From positions 107,260,001 to 107,324,000 of the forward strand of contig NC_091987.1 in assembly GCF_044704955.1 (NCBI RefSeq): 64,000 bases of DNA, read 5' to 3'. The notes below the pieces were generated by a model. That model was not told the origin of the DNA. It saw only the letters and a program-made list of their open reading frames with translations, and did not search any database. The translations under genes were made by a program, and so were the position numbers. The DNA comes from Pristiophorus japonicus. Taxonomy: Eukaryota. Of the stretch, positions 13,530 through 25,068 are shown one piece after another. Position 1 is the first letter of the stretch; every line of letters begins with the position of its first letter.

Positions 13530-13639
13530 ATATGAATGATGTAATGTTATTCATGCAGCTTCTGTACTCTACTGTACTCTCATGTTAATCATATGTAACG
13601 TCTCTCATTCACATTTATTGCAGTAGTGTTGCTCCTCGT

Positions 13640-14020
13640 ACATATAATCATCATTGGCGGTCCCTCGAACGAGGATGACTTGCTTCCACGAGAGTTCACA
13701 GATGTTTCAATGAAGGACCCGATGTTCCAGTCCTGAACTCCAGGCATGGAAGATGCCTGTGCGTGAATTTTTTTTAATGTGTGGTAACTGTTGCACATCA
13801 GCCACCACACGGGCTTGACAGAACTAGGCCTTTATCCAGTGGCAAGGATTAACCAGGACGACTGGAGACCTGCTCTGCTGCACGGACCTAATGCGTACAC
13901 ATATTGCAGTGTGAGCAGGTCCGTGCTGCCCCTCGGCTCCTCTGGGCCCCGTATCCTCATTCGCTGCGCTTCTGCCACGATGTTCCAGGGCCCGGCGCTT
14001 CAGCTCTTTTTATAGCCCTG
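13640..14020 (-). mobile_element. Non-coding RTE-tailed short element (bipartite non-autonomous RTE derivative)
   Basis: Shares the RTE 3' terminus (GTGGAAGCAAGTC..CGAGGGAC..ATGATG) and aligns with the copy at 28655-29467. Confidence 0.7.
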
Positions 14021-14165
14021 ACCTGCGGTGGTGTTCTCACACAGGTCGGGGACATATGCCAGCGCAGCGCAAGCATTCTCATGTCTCCCCTTCTCTTCTA
14101 CTAACCTTAATTATGTTTTCCAGCTCCCCAGGTTCCCCGGGAGGCCCCTGGAGCATCACCCCTAC

Positions 14166-14445
14166 TGTTGTGTATGTAAATTGCAAGTATACTCCCTGTA
14201 CACTTAATGTACTGTTACATAAGACTACTGAATGTACCTTCCCACTGTATACATTATGCTTGTACCACCAGAGGGTGCAACTGGTGGAGACCTAGGGGTC
14301 ACCTGTACAGGACAGGTAACCAGGTATAAAAGGGAGCTCACCATAATGTACCCTCACTCAGGAGCTGTAATAAATGGACTAAGGTCACCACAGTTACAAT
14401 ACCTCGCCTCATGGAGTCATTACTAGAGTGCTTACAGACACAACA
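14166..14445 (+). mobile_element. Solo LTR (280 bp)
   Basis: TGTTGTGT..ACACAACA termini; perfect 5-bp TSD CCTAC (14161-14165, 14446-14450); internal TATAAAA and AATAAA. Confidence 0.92.
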
Positions 14446-15489
14446 CCTACCGCTGCAGGTCGTGCTGACCACGGGGGAAGAACAAAACAAGATACAACAG
14501 AGAAGAAGGATGATGAGCCTGAAGGGTCATTTGTGGTACCGCCAGCCACATCATCCTCAATGGATGAAGTAACGGGGCCAAGCGGAGGTTGGGTCGGCGA
14601 GGTAGGCACGCGCTGCGATGGGCAGATGTCAACGAGGACATGGTGTCACTGTCGAGGGCAAGCGTCGACATTGGTCGCGGGCTCCTCCAGGTGATTGGTG
14701 GGTTGACCGGTAACATTGCCACACTATTTGCCAGAATTTTGGAGGGCATGGGGCAGATGGTTGCGGCAATGGGGCGAATGACTTTCTCTGTCGATGCCTT
14801 GCGACACGCGATAGTTTCAGGATACGGCACTGCACCCCAAGGTGCTGTACCACCATCCAACACGACAGATGCGAGACGGGAGGAAAACTTCCTTCGGACT
14901 CTGAAGACGGATCTTCGCAAATGTCTTCTCCTCGATCCACTGAAGTCATTCTGCCAACGTCAACCCGCTCACCCATCCCCCCATCCCCCGCAGCCACAGC
15001 AGCAGCCCTCGAGGTGCTCTGCTGCAAGACATCTTGATCCCGTTACTAGGGGATTGAGTGGGAAAGTGGGAGTTACGACAGGAGGAGGGGTGCCTCACGT
15101 TAGAGGAGGGAAGCGTGGTCACAGGTTGGGGGGGGGTGCGTATATTATTGTTTTGTTATTATTTTTTTTAATTTGTTGATTGTTGACTGTTGGGGATGGT
15201 GGGAGGGTGTTCTCGTTATATTGTTGTTGAAAAACTTTTGTTCACTGTTGGGGGTTGGTGAGGGGGGGCAGGGGTGGGGGTGGGGGGCAGTGTTACGTAT
15301 AGTTTGTTAAAAAAAAGTTTTTTGATCAGTTATTACATTATTAACTTGCTTTATTTAACTTTACAATTGTCGTGAAGTGTCTTGTAATAACGCAAGGTAA
15401 AACATCAATACAAGGATTACAAACAATGGCCATGGCCAGGCGAGGCAAGGATGAAACATAACACAACTGTAACTGTCACCAACGTAACT

Positions 15490-16672
15490 TCACGCAAAAT
15501 GTTCATTTATGAGCTGCTGACACAACAGTTTTGCAGCTGCGTAACTACCACGGGGCTTTTCCAGGGGTGTGGTGGTATGGGTTCATCGCCAGACTGATTG
15601 TTCTCCCCGAGGTCCTCGTCCTCCTCCTCGTCCTCCTCTTCCACCTCCCCTCCCTCCTGAGGTGGACCGGCAGTCCCATCGGGTAATTGTTGTCCTCTCC
15701 TGATAGCTAGGTTATATAATATGCAGCACAACACAATGAACTCAGCAACCTGCTCAGGGTGGTATTGTAGGTTATCTCCTGAGTGGTCCAAGCATCTGCT
15801 TCTGATCTCCAATTGTCTTTTCGACTATATTGCGTGTAGCTATATGGCTTTCATTGTAGCGCTTCTCGGCTTCTGTCTGGGGCTTACGCAGGGGGGGTCA
15901 TGAGCCAGCTGGCAAGGCCATACCCTTTACCCCCCAGCATCCAACCGTGATCTTGTGGCTGACTCTTAAACAGGTCAGACACAGTGCTCATGCATGATCC
16001 CTGGAAAATTTGCATCGACTGCCATGATTATTTGCTTGTGGTCGACAACGAGCTGCACATTCAGGGAATGGACTCCCTTTCGGTTCTGAAACACCTGTGC
16101 ATCCTGTAAAAGATGCTCGCAGGGCAATGTGCGTACAGTCTATTGCTCCCTGCACCTTGAGGACGTTTGCTATTCCCGAGAACCCCAAAGTCCTCTCAGT
16201 TTGTGCCTCCCTGGTCATAGGGAAGTTTATAAAGTCCATCCTGCGAGCGTAAAGGGCTTCAGTCACCTGTCGAATGCAGCAACGTGTGGCGTGCTGAGAG
16301 AAAACGCAAATGTCGCCAGCTGAGGCCTGAAAGAAGCTCGATGCATAGAAGGAAAGTGCCGCAGTAACCTTGACCTCAACGAGCAGTGCAGTCCTGATGA
16401 TGCTGGTAGGCTGCAGATCTCCCTTAATTAGCTGGCATATCTCACTGATGACTTCCTTTTGGAATTGCAGCCTCCTAAACGCCCGTGTTATCGGACAAAT
16501 CTGGGTATGATCATTTATCCCTGTAAATGTGTTGGGTGTAACATCTCCTTCTCCTCAGCAGTCTCCCACCTCTTTGATTGGGCACATAATGCTGTTCAAT
16601 AAACCTTCTCCCATCTCTATTCTGCAGCATGTGAGTAGTCATCAATACTGGTTGAGAAATTACAGGCCCCAT
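15490..16672 (-). pseudogene. Harbinger (HARBI1-like) DDE transposase, disrupted
   Basis: [30 protein letters not shown]....LMTP and RCLD.SG..LQY.P...I..CCIL.N motifs spread across frameshifts and stops. Confidence 0.92.
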
Positions 16673-17641
16673 CACTATAAATCACTACAAATGACCTAAT
16701 CTGTCTTCTTAAATTGATTGGAAAGATTCAAAATGCCCTTAAAATCACTCACAAATTGCTTCTCCTCCCAAGCACTTCAAGCAACTTTTTATTAACGATC
16801 CTCCGAGTTACAAAATGATGTCCATAGTGCCGGGTTAAGGTCAGGTGACTGCAGCTTTCCTTGGGCATCTTTTTGAGTGAGTGATCATTTGGGCGAATTA
16901 TGGGCGAAATGCCGAAAGTAGCTCTCGGCGATAATCTGGGCGATAATCGGGCGCTAGTTTCCATTATAGACAGTATTCTGGGCCTTGCACAAGGAAGATG
17001 TCATATTTTTAAAAAAAGGCCGGGCGATGCAGCTCATTCCTGTATGGCGAAAGTTGCGCTGGCGATAAATGGGCATTTTTCATCAAATATGGGTGATAGC
17101 CTGAATTTCAGCGCTTATATGGGTGCTAAATGAGCGATGATGTGCCGACTGTCTAGCCTATATTCTTATGTTCTGTCGTAGCTTGCCAATCCTGTGAGAC
17201 CGTGAAATCAGCCGGCTCCCACACTTAGTCGGCCTGCAGGTCTATCTAGGAATGGGAGGTGATTCAGGAAGGCCCTTGGACTAGCCGACAGCGGGCTTGG
17301 GTATTTTTATGAGTCCGGGAGGAACAGGAGCATGCTCCTGGGCACGGCAAAGAAAATATAGGCGTTATGGGCTGAGTTTTGAGTGGTCTCCGGTCGGTTC
17401 CTTTAAGGACCAACGGCCAGGCTGCTCAATGCCCAGTACAAATAGAGCAGAGAGGGCAAGGTGCACGTTCCACCCAGTTGTGCATGCAAATTGCAATTGG
17501 AATCCTACAATCATCATTTAAGCAGTCTCCCACCTGTTACAGTCCTGCCTGAAAATTGCACCCAGTGGGGGTTGGCTGCCAATGGGCTGGCCAAGATGTG
17601 CAGCCCGATTTCCAGTGCTTCGACACCCGTTCTCCAGGCCA

Positions 17642-17828
17642 GAAAACATAAGAAATAGGAGCAGGAGCAGGCCATTTGGCTCCTCGAGCCTGCTCCGCCA
17701 TTTAATACGATCATGGCTGATCTGATCATGGACTCATTTCCACTGCCCCGCCCGCTCCCCATAACCCTTTAGTCCCTTATCGTTCAAAAATCTGTCTATC
17801 TCCACCTTAAATATATTCAATGACCCAG
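17642..17828 (-). mobile_element. CR1 LINE 3' end
   Basis: Reverse complement of CR1 3' UTR with AGAAAACATAAGAAATAGGAG tail. Confidence 0.85.
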
Positions 17829-18122
17829 CGTCAGCTGTGGCTCAGTGGGTAGCACTCTCGTCTTTGTGTCAGAAGGTTGTGGGTTCACGCCCCACTCCAG
17901 GGACCTGAGCACAAAAATCTAAGCTGAAACTCCTGTGCTGCGTTGTCAGAGGTGCCGTCGTTTGGATGAGACATTAAACCGAGGCCCTGTCTGCTCTCTC
18001 AGGTGGACACAATAAGATCCCAAGGCACCATTTCAAAGAAGAGCAGGGGAATTATGCATTGTCCTGGCCAATATGTATCCCTCAATCAATATCATTAAAA
18101 CAGATTATCTGGTCATTATCAC
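17829..18122 (+). mobile_element. tRNA-headed Deu-domain SINE (SacSINE1-like), 5' part
   Basis: Pol III A box TGGCTCAGTGG and degenerate B box GGTTCAC; Deu-type core GAGGTGCCGTC..GGATGAGAC..AAACCGAGG; continues at 24927. Confidence 0.8.
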
Positions 18123-20510
18123 TGTGATATTTTCCTTACGACATCACAAACACACAGACTACAAGATGGCTCCAAAGGAACTTGTCATGTGACCTTTTCA
18201 CATGATCCCTTTATTGTATTTACTTCAGCAATTGCATTATCACAGTAGTCCACTAGGTGGAGCTCTATATTACACTTCTCCCTTCTTTATGAAGAAATAA
18301 TCATAACAAAATAATAATCATACATAACTTGCATGGTTATACACAACAAAAGATATGGACTTATTTTGCCATATTCACAAATCAAACTTAACCACTGACA
18401 TTCTCCTTCGAAGAGGATACCTTTGCTCTTGAACAGAACTTCCCAAACTTGGTGTTGAACTTTGACTCATTCTAGGCTGAGCCTGAGGAGAGTTGTTCCT
18501 CCAAGGGCAACCCTTGATCTACATTTGGACTCTCTACAACTTCAGATTGTTTGTCTGCCTGACTTGGACTCAGACTTAAATTCCAACTTTCTCTTCGACT
18601 TGTTTCTAATACATCTGATGTAGGATTTGTGACTTGTAACAAGACTATCTGACTCATCAGAAATAATTGAATCATTCCAACTTTCAGCTCCTTCCACATC
18701 TGTTGGTAAAATATGATCGATGTGAACAAACTTAACCTTTCCATGATCAAACATCTTGACCAAATATGTGCGAGGGCCACATATCTTCATTACTCTTCCT
18801 GGTAACCACTTTAACCATTTATGGTGATGGTTTTTCACTCTCACTTTCTGATTCAATTTCACACTTCTCTCTTTTACTCGACCTCTATCATGATTCTCTT
18901 TCTGTCTTAATTGTTTCTCTTCTACTGACTCTGCCAGGTTTGGCTTTAACAACGAGAACCTAGTTCATGGCTGTCGTTTGAGAAACAACTCTGCTGGTGT
19001 TCTACCAGTAGCTATATGAGGAGTATTATGATAAGTCACTAGAAAATTTGCCAATTGAGGGCACGTTTTATAATTTATATTGTGTGCTCTGCTGCACCAT
19101 TTGAAGCAGGGTGGTATGATGGAACCTTGGTATGTTTCTCATCATTTCTGCTCATGAACTGTGCAAATTCTTCTGTACAAAATTGTAGCCCATTATCAGA
19201 CACAATTTCTTCTGGGAAGCCATATGAAGAAAACAATACTTGCAAATTGTCCTAGTGTTTTACTTGCTGTTATTTTCTGCATTGGAAAGACCTCTACCCA
19301 CTTCAAATGGCTATCAATCACAATGAACAATTATTGTCCTTCTAACTCAGCAAAATCTACATGTAACCTTTGCCACACCCCGAGAGGCCATTTCCATGGC
19401 TGTAATGGTACTGATGATGGTTTCTTGCTTACCAATTGACATGTACACTGACTAACAAAGTATTCTATATCTTTATCTAGACCTGGCCATAAGTAACTGC
19501 GTGCAAAACTCTTGGTCAAGCACATTCCCAGGTACTGGTCATGAAGATCTCCGAATAATTTGGACCTGAAATTATTTGAAATAACTACTCTTACACCCCA
19601 AATGATACAATCTATATCCACTGATAATTCATTCCTACAAATGAAGTATGAATCATACACCTTTGACATAATTGGGTCACGTTTGGTTGCTCTACCAATC
19701 TATTCAGTTGTGACTGGTAGTTCATCAATGTATGAAAAATAGAACACTTCTTCCCTATTGCGATGGGGATGGCAAATTGGACATAGCATCAGCATTACCA
19801 TCTGACTTAGGTACAACAACAATGAGTGTAGCCCAATTAGTTAGATCTACGTTAGTGATAATGTTCTCAGTTTCTAGTCTTTTGAGTTCTTGCTCATCTT
19901 TTTCCTCGAGTGCGTATGGTACGGGACATGGCTTGCAGCAAACTGGTCTAGCGTCCTTCTGTACTCTGACACTCACCTTGAAGCCTTGGATCGGACTGCC
20001 TGTTTCATATTGGATATTGCTTGATGACATCATCTTTTGATGCAAATCTCGTTTCAACACAAAAAATCTTATTCCAATCCAGCTTCAGTGATCCTCAACC
20101 AATTTCTACCTATTAAGGCAGGCTTGTCTCCTGCCATTCCCAAGAGAGGCAAGCTCTAAAACTGATCTTTGTATTTCACCGGATTTGCCCTCCTGATTAG
20201 CCTCGCGGCTCTATCTTCGACTTGTCCAGTGGAAAATCACTCAATTTGTCGAGAGATAGCTCACAGATGCAATAGTGTCGCTATCCATGGGTATCCTGGT
20301 TCCTGCAACATCTACTTGGATGACGATACTTCGCGAATCATTGTTAGCTATCCTCGTGCTCCTGATGATGTGTATCTCCAGAACCTCTTCATCCTGTTGC
20401 TTCTCTTCAATGCTATGTAGTTAGATCTATGCTATGTAGTCTCTGACGGTTTCTATTTATAGCCTTGAAAGTTGGTTTACTCTTCAGTCGTCATACCTTC
20501 GCAAGATGTC

Positions 20511-23224
20511 CAGGGGTATTCAACATTTAGGAAGGATAGACAGAAAGGAAAAGGAGGTGGGGTGGCGTTGCTGGCTAAAGAGGAAATTAATGCAATAGTA
20601 AGGAAGGACATCAGCTTAGATGATGTGGAATCGATATGGGTGGAGCTACGGAATACCAAAGGGCAGAAAACGCGAGTGGGAGTTGTGTACAAACCATCAA
20701 ACAGTAGTGAGGTTGGGGACAGCATCAAACAAGAAATTAGGGATGCGCGCAATAAAGGTACAGCAGTTATCATCGGCGACTTTAATCTACATATTGATTG
20801 GGCTAACCAAACTGGTAGCAATGCAGTGGAGGAGGATTTCCTGGAATGTATTAGGGATGGTTTCCTAGACCAATATGTCAAGGAGCCAACTAGAGGGCTG
20901 GCCATCCTAGACTGGGTGATGTGTAATGAGAAAAGACTAATTAGCAATCTTGTTGTGCGAGGCCCCTTGGGGAAGAGTGACCATAATATGGTAGAATTCT
21001 TTATTAAGATGGAGAGTGACACAGTTAATTCAGAGACTAGGGTCCTGAACTTAAGGAAAGGTAACTTCGATGGTATGAGACATGAATTGGCTAGAATAGA
21101 CTGATGAGTGATACTTAAAGGGTTGACAGTGGATAGGCAATGGCAAACATTTATAGGTCACATGGATGAACTTCAACAATTGTACATTCCTGTCTGGAGT
21201 AAAAATAAAACAGGGAAGGTGGCTCAACCGTGGCTAACAAGGGAAATTAAGGATAGTGTTAAATCCAAGGAAGAGGCATATAAATTGGCCAGAAAAAGCA
21301 GCAAACCTGAGGACTGGGAGAAATTTAGAATTCAGCAGAGGAGGACAAAGGGTTTAATTAGGATGGGGGAATAGAGTATGAGAGGAAGCTTGCTGGGAAC
21401 ATAAAAACTGACTGCAAAAGCTGTGAAGAGAAAAAGATTAGTGAAAACAAATGTAGGTCCCTTGCAGTCAGATTCCGGTGAATTTATAATGGGGAACAAA
21501 GAAATGGCAGAACAGTTGAACAAATAATTTGGTTGTGTCTTCACGAAGGAAGACACAAATAACCTTCCAGAAATACAAGGGGCCGAGTGTCTAGTGAGAA
21601 GGAGGAACTGAAGGAAATTGTGTTAGGGAAATTGATGGGATTGAAGGCCTATAAATCCCCAGGGCCTGATAGTATGCATCCCAGAGTACTTAAGGAAATA
21701 GCCCTAGAAATAGTGGATGCATTGGTGATCATTTTCCAACAGTCTATCGACTCTGGATCGGTTTTTATGGCCTGGAGGGTAGCTAATGTAACACCACTTT
21801 TTAAGAAAGGAGGGAGACAGAAAATCGGTAATTATAGACTGGTTAGCCTGACATCAGTAGTGGGGAAAATGTTGGAATCAACTATGAAAGATGAAATAGC
21901 AGCACATCTAGAAAGCAGTGACGGGATCGGTCCAAGTAAGCATGGATTTATGAAAGGGAAATCATGCTTGACAAATCTTCTTGAATTTTTGAGGATGTAA
22001 CTAGTAGAGTGGACAAGGGAGAACCAGTGATGTGATGTATTTGGACTTTCAAAAGGCTTTTGACAAGGTCCCACACAAGAGATTGGTGTGCAAAATTAAA
22101 GCACATGGTATTGGGGGTAATGTACTGACATGGATAGAGAACTGGTTGGCAGCCAGGAAGCAGAGAGTCGGGATAAACGGGTCCTTTTCAGAATGGCAGG
22201 CAGTGACTAGTGGGGTGCTGCAGGGCTCAGTGCTGGGACCCCAGCTATTTACAATATACATTAATGATTTGGATGAGGGAATTGAGTGTAATATCTCCAA
22301 GTTTGCAGATGACACTAAGCTGGGTGGCGGTGTAAGCTGTGAGGAGGATGCAGGGTGACTTGGACAGATTAGGTGAGTGGGCAAACGAGTGGCAGATGCA
22401 GTATAATGTGGATAAATGTGAGGTTATCCACTTTGGTGGCAAAAACACGAAGGCAGAATATTATCTGAATGGCGGCAGATTAGGAAAAAGGGAGGTGCAA
22501 CGAGACCTGGGTGTCATGGTTCATCAGTCATTGAAAGTTGGCATGCAGGTACAGCAGGTGGTAAAGAAGGCAAATGGTATCTTGGCCTTCATCGCTAGGG
22601 GATTTGAGTATAGGAGCAGGTAGGTCTTACTGCAGTTGTACAGGGCCTTAGTGAGGCCTCACGTGGAATATTGTGTTCAGTTTTGGTCTCCTAATCTGAG
22701 GAAGGACGTTCTTGCTATTGAGGGAATGTAGCGAAGGTTCACCAGACTGATTCCCGGGATGGCAGGACTGACATATGAGGAGAGACGGGATCGACTGGGC
22801 CTGTATTCATTGGAGTTTAGAAGGATGAGAGGGGATCTCATAGAAACATATAAAATTCTGATGGGACTGGACAGGTTAGATACAGGAAGAATGTTCCCGA
22901 TGTTGGGGAAGTCCAGAACCAGGGGTCACAGTCTAAGGATAAGTGGTAAGCCATTTAGGCCTAAGATGAGAAGAAACTTCTTCACTCAGAGTTGTTAACC
23001 TGTGGAATTCTCTACTGCACAGAGTTGTTGATGCTAGTTCATTGGATATATTCAAGAGGGAGTTAGATATGGCTCTTATGGCTAAAGGAATCGAGGGGTA
23101 TGGAGAGAAAGCAGGAAAGGGGTACTGAGGTGAATGATCAGCCATGATCTTATTGAATCGTGGTGCAGGCTCGAAGGGCAGAATGGCCTACTCCTGCACC
23201 TATTTTCTATGTTTCTATGTTTCT
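20511..23224 (+). mobile_element. CR1 LINE, most of ORF2 (endonuclease + RT), inserted in Gypsy gag
   Basis: GGGVAL, IIGDFN, SDHN (endonuclease); [23 protein letters not shown] (RT); (TTTCTATG)n tail; closely similar to the copy at 1-1411. Confidence 0.95.
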
Positions 23225-23893
23225 GTTTCTTGCAGAAGAAACACCCTGCCTTCACATATGGACATCTTTGAGCGAGGTATTTTCCCAGACACTGATAGCA
23301 CGACTTCAATGTGCTGTTACCTTGGCCAGTTGCTGAGGTGTTAGGGCCCAACTGCCTTCTACTTCTAACCTACAGGCAATTCACCTCGGTTGCCTGATGA
23401 CTGGAAATGGCGCGAATTTCTTGCGAGTATTGGTCTGCCATATCTATCGACATAGCTGTCTGACAAGCTAAATCAAAAGTCAAGTTGATTGCTTCATTTT
23501 GCATCCCACACACAAAGCGGTCACGCAATGCTCGGTCCTGAAAGTTTCCGAAATGACAGGGAATGGATAACCTTTTTAATGCTACAATATTCTCACTGAT
23601 ACTCTTGTCAATTAATTGATCTCGTACACCAAAATGATAACTTTCAGCAATTTCCAGGTGCTCAGGACTTTAGTGCTGGAATCTCCATCAGTTGAGTGTT
23701 ATTCGGCTTGATGGGAACAAGCACATTTTTCAGGGTTTCATACACCTTGGGGCATTCATCAGTCAAGAAAATAGCCCGTTTTCTTTCCAACGCCACACAT
23801 TACAGTTTTCATCATCGGGGTCTTTGATGATATTATTTGCAGTGAAAAACATTTTTAGCCACTCCACATATGCTCCGAAAGTCTCTCAGTTAT

Positions 23894-24536
23894 TGTTGTA
23901 GGAATTAGGCACCTGCTGAATATATAAAACACTAGGCATTAGGCACCTGCTGAATATATCTAAACTCATATAAGTTTAAAGTGGCCACATATAAAATGGC
24001 TGCCCAAGCATGATGGGAACCCCGTTAGTCAAGTAATGAACTGGGACTGACCGAGCAATGACTGAGCAATGACCCTGTGAGGCCCACTACCAGGAATGCC
24101 TTGGATACAAGATAAGCATAATGAACCAGTGATTTCACACAGCCGAAGCCCGAGGAAGAGAAAGATAAGGAGAGAACCTGTCTCACATAACAAGATCATT
24201 AATCAGCCCGAGCTGACAAAAACCGAACACCAATCAGCCCGAGCTGACAAAAACCGAACATTCAGTTCCTGAGGTATCAGGGGAATTCTATTGGGTTAAA
24301 GAAACCTATATGTAATCTATAATCGTGATGATTGGATTGTGTCCAGCCGAAGTGGGCTGAGTAACTGTAGTAAACTGTTGTGAAACATATAAAAATCCAT
24401 GAAACCCTTTGTTCTGCGGAGAGAAGCCTGGATCCAGTCCTGAGACTTCCTCCCCGCTGGCGTTAATAAAGGCCGCATTGGCGTTGGAACTGACTGAGTG
24501 TTGAGTGATTCTTCTGATAAAACATTAACACTAACA
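23894..24536 (+). mobile_element. Solo LTR (643 bp) inserted in Gypsy gag
   Basis: TGTT..AACA termini; 5-bp TSD GTTAT/GTCAT; removing it rejoins the gag N-terminus; internal direct repeats, TATAAAA and AATAAA. Confidence 0.82.
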
Positions 24537-24926
24537 GTCATGATGGAAATCGCCCAAGCGCCCTATTATTCCTAAAGACGCGGCCATCTGGACTCTTCAG
24601 TTCAGCCAAATGTGCTTGTAATTTACCTTTGATTCTTAGCTGTTATTCAAAACAAAGAACCTCTCAAAGCATCTCTGTCAGTTGGCTGAATCATCCAGCA
24701 ACAAAAATTTCAGCTAGGCAATCCGATTATCACATCCTTGTCGCCAATGTGATATTTTCTTTACGACATCACAAACACGCAGACTATGAGTTAGCTCTCC
24801 AGGAACTTGTCATCATGTGACTTGTCACATGACCCTTTTATTGTATTTACAGCAGCAGTTGCATTACCACAGTAGTCCAGTAGGTGGAGCAGTAGTTCAC
24901 TAGGTGGAGCTCTATGTTACAAACAC

Positions 24927-25068
24927 ATTGCTGTTTATGGAAGCTTGCTGTGCGCAAATTGGCCACCGTGGTTCCTATATTACAACAGTGACTACACTTT
25001 GAAAAATATACTTTGGGACGTCCGGTGGTCACGAGAGGCGCCATATAAATGCAAGTCTTTCTTTTTTT
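24927..25068 (+). mobile_element. Deu-domain SINE, 3' part
   Basis: ATTGCTGTTT..GCTTGCTGTGCGCAAATTGG..GGCGCCATATAAATGCAAGTCTTTCTTT; continues the SINE from 18122. Confidence 0.8.

Larger units (their letters stand above)
7529..15120 (+). pseudogene. Harbinger accessory Myb/SANT-like (trihelix, NAIF1-type) DNA-binding protein, multi-exon, disrupted
   Basis: Exon 1 7529-7808 (R..AFSEEENEALVHEV; after a frameshift W..VA..VS..R...QC.KRW; donor GTAAGT at 7809). Exon 2 8759-8915 (KISKNQVERRQTRGGP; donor GTGAGT). 3' part ~14124-15120 is split by a solo LTR. Confidence 0.75.
7164..17158. mobile_element. PIF/Harbinger DNA transposon, autonomous-type layout, decayed, with nested insertions
   Basis: Short terminal inverted GGCTAGA..TCTAGCC flanked by TAT/TAT; contains a Myb/SANT-like gene (+) and a DDE transposase (-) in convergent orientation. 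Confidence 0.85.
18123..24921 (-). mobile_element. Ty3/Gypsy LTR retrotransposon, internally deleted and interrupted
   Basis: LTRs 18123-18274 and 24748-24921; TSD ATCAC/AACAC; PBS TGGCGACAAGGATG (24733-24746, minus); PPT at 18275-18288; integrase ORF fragments (WQRLHVDFAE, KWLPGRV..CGPRTY); gag start at 24587. Confidence 0.93.

Noticed and set aside
15490-16672. Domesticated HARBI1 host gene
   Set aside because: Multiple stops and frameshifts, and it lies within transposon termini next to its Myb partner
17829-17900. tRNA gene
   Set aside because: A/B boxes belong to a SINE head that continues into the Deu core; no complete cloverleaf
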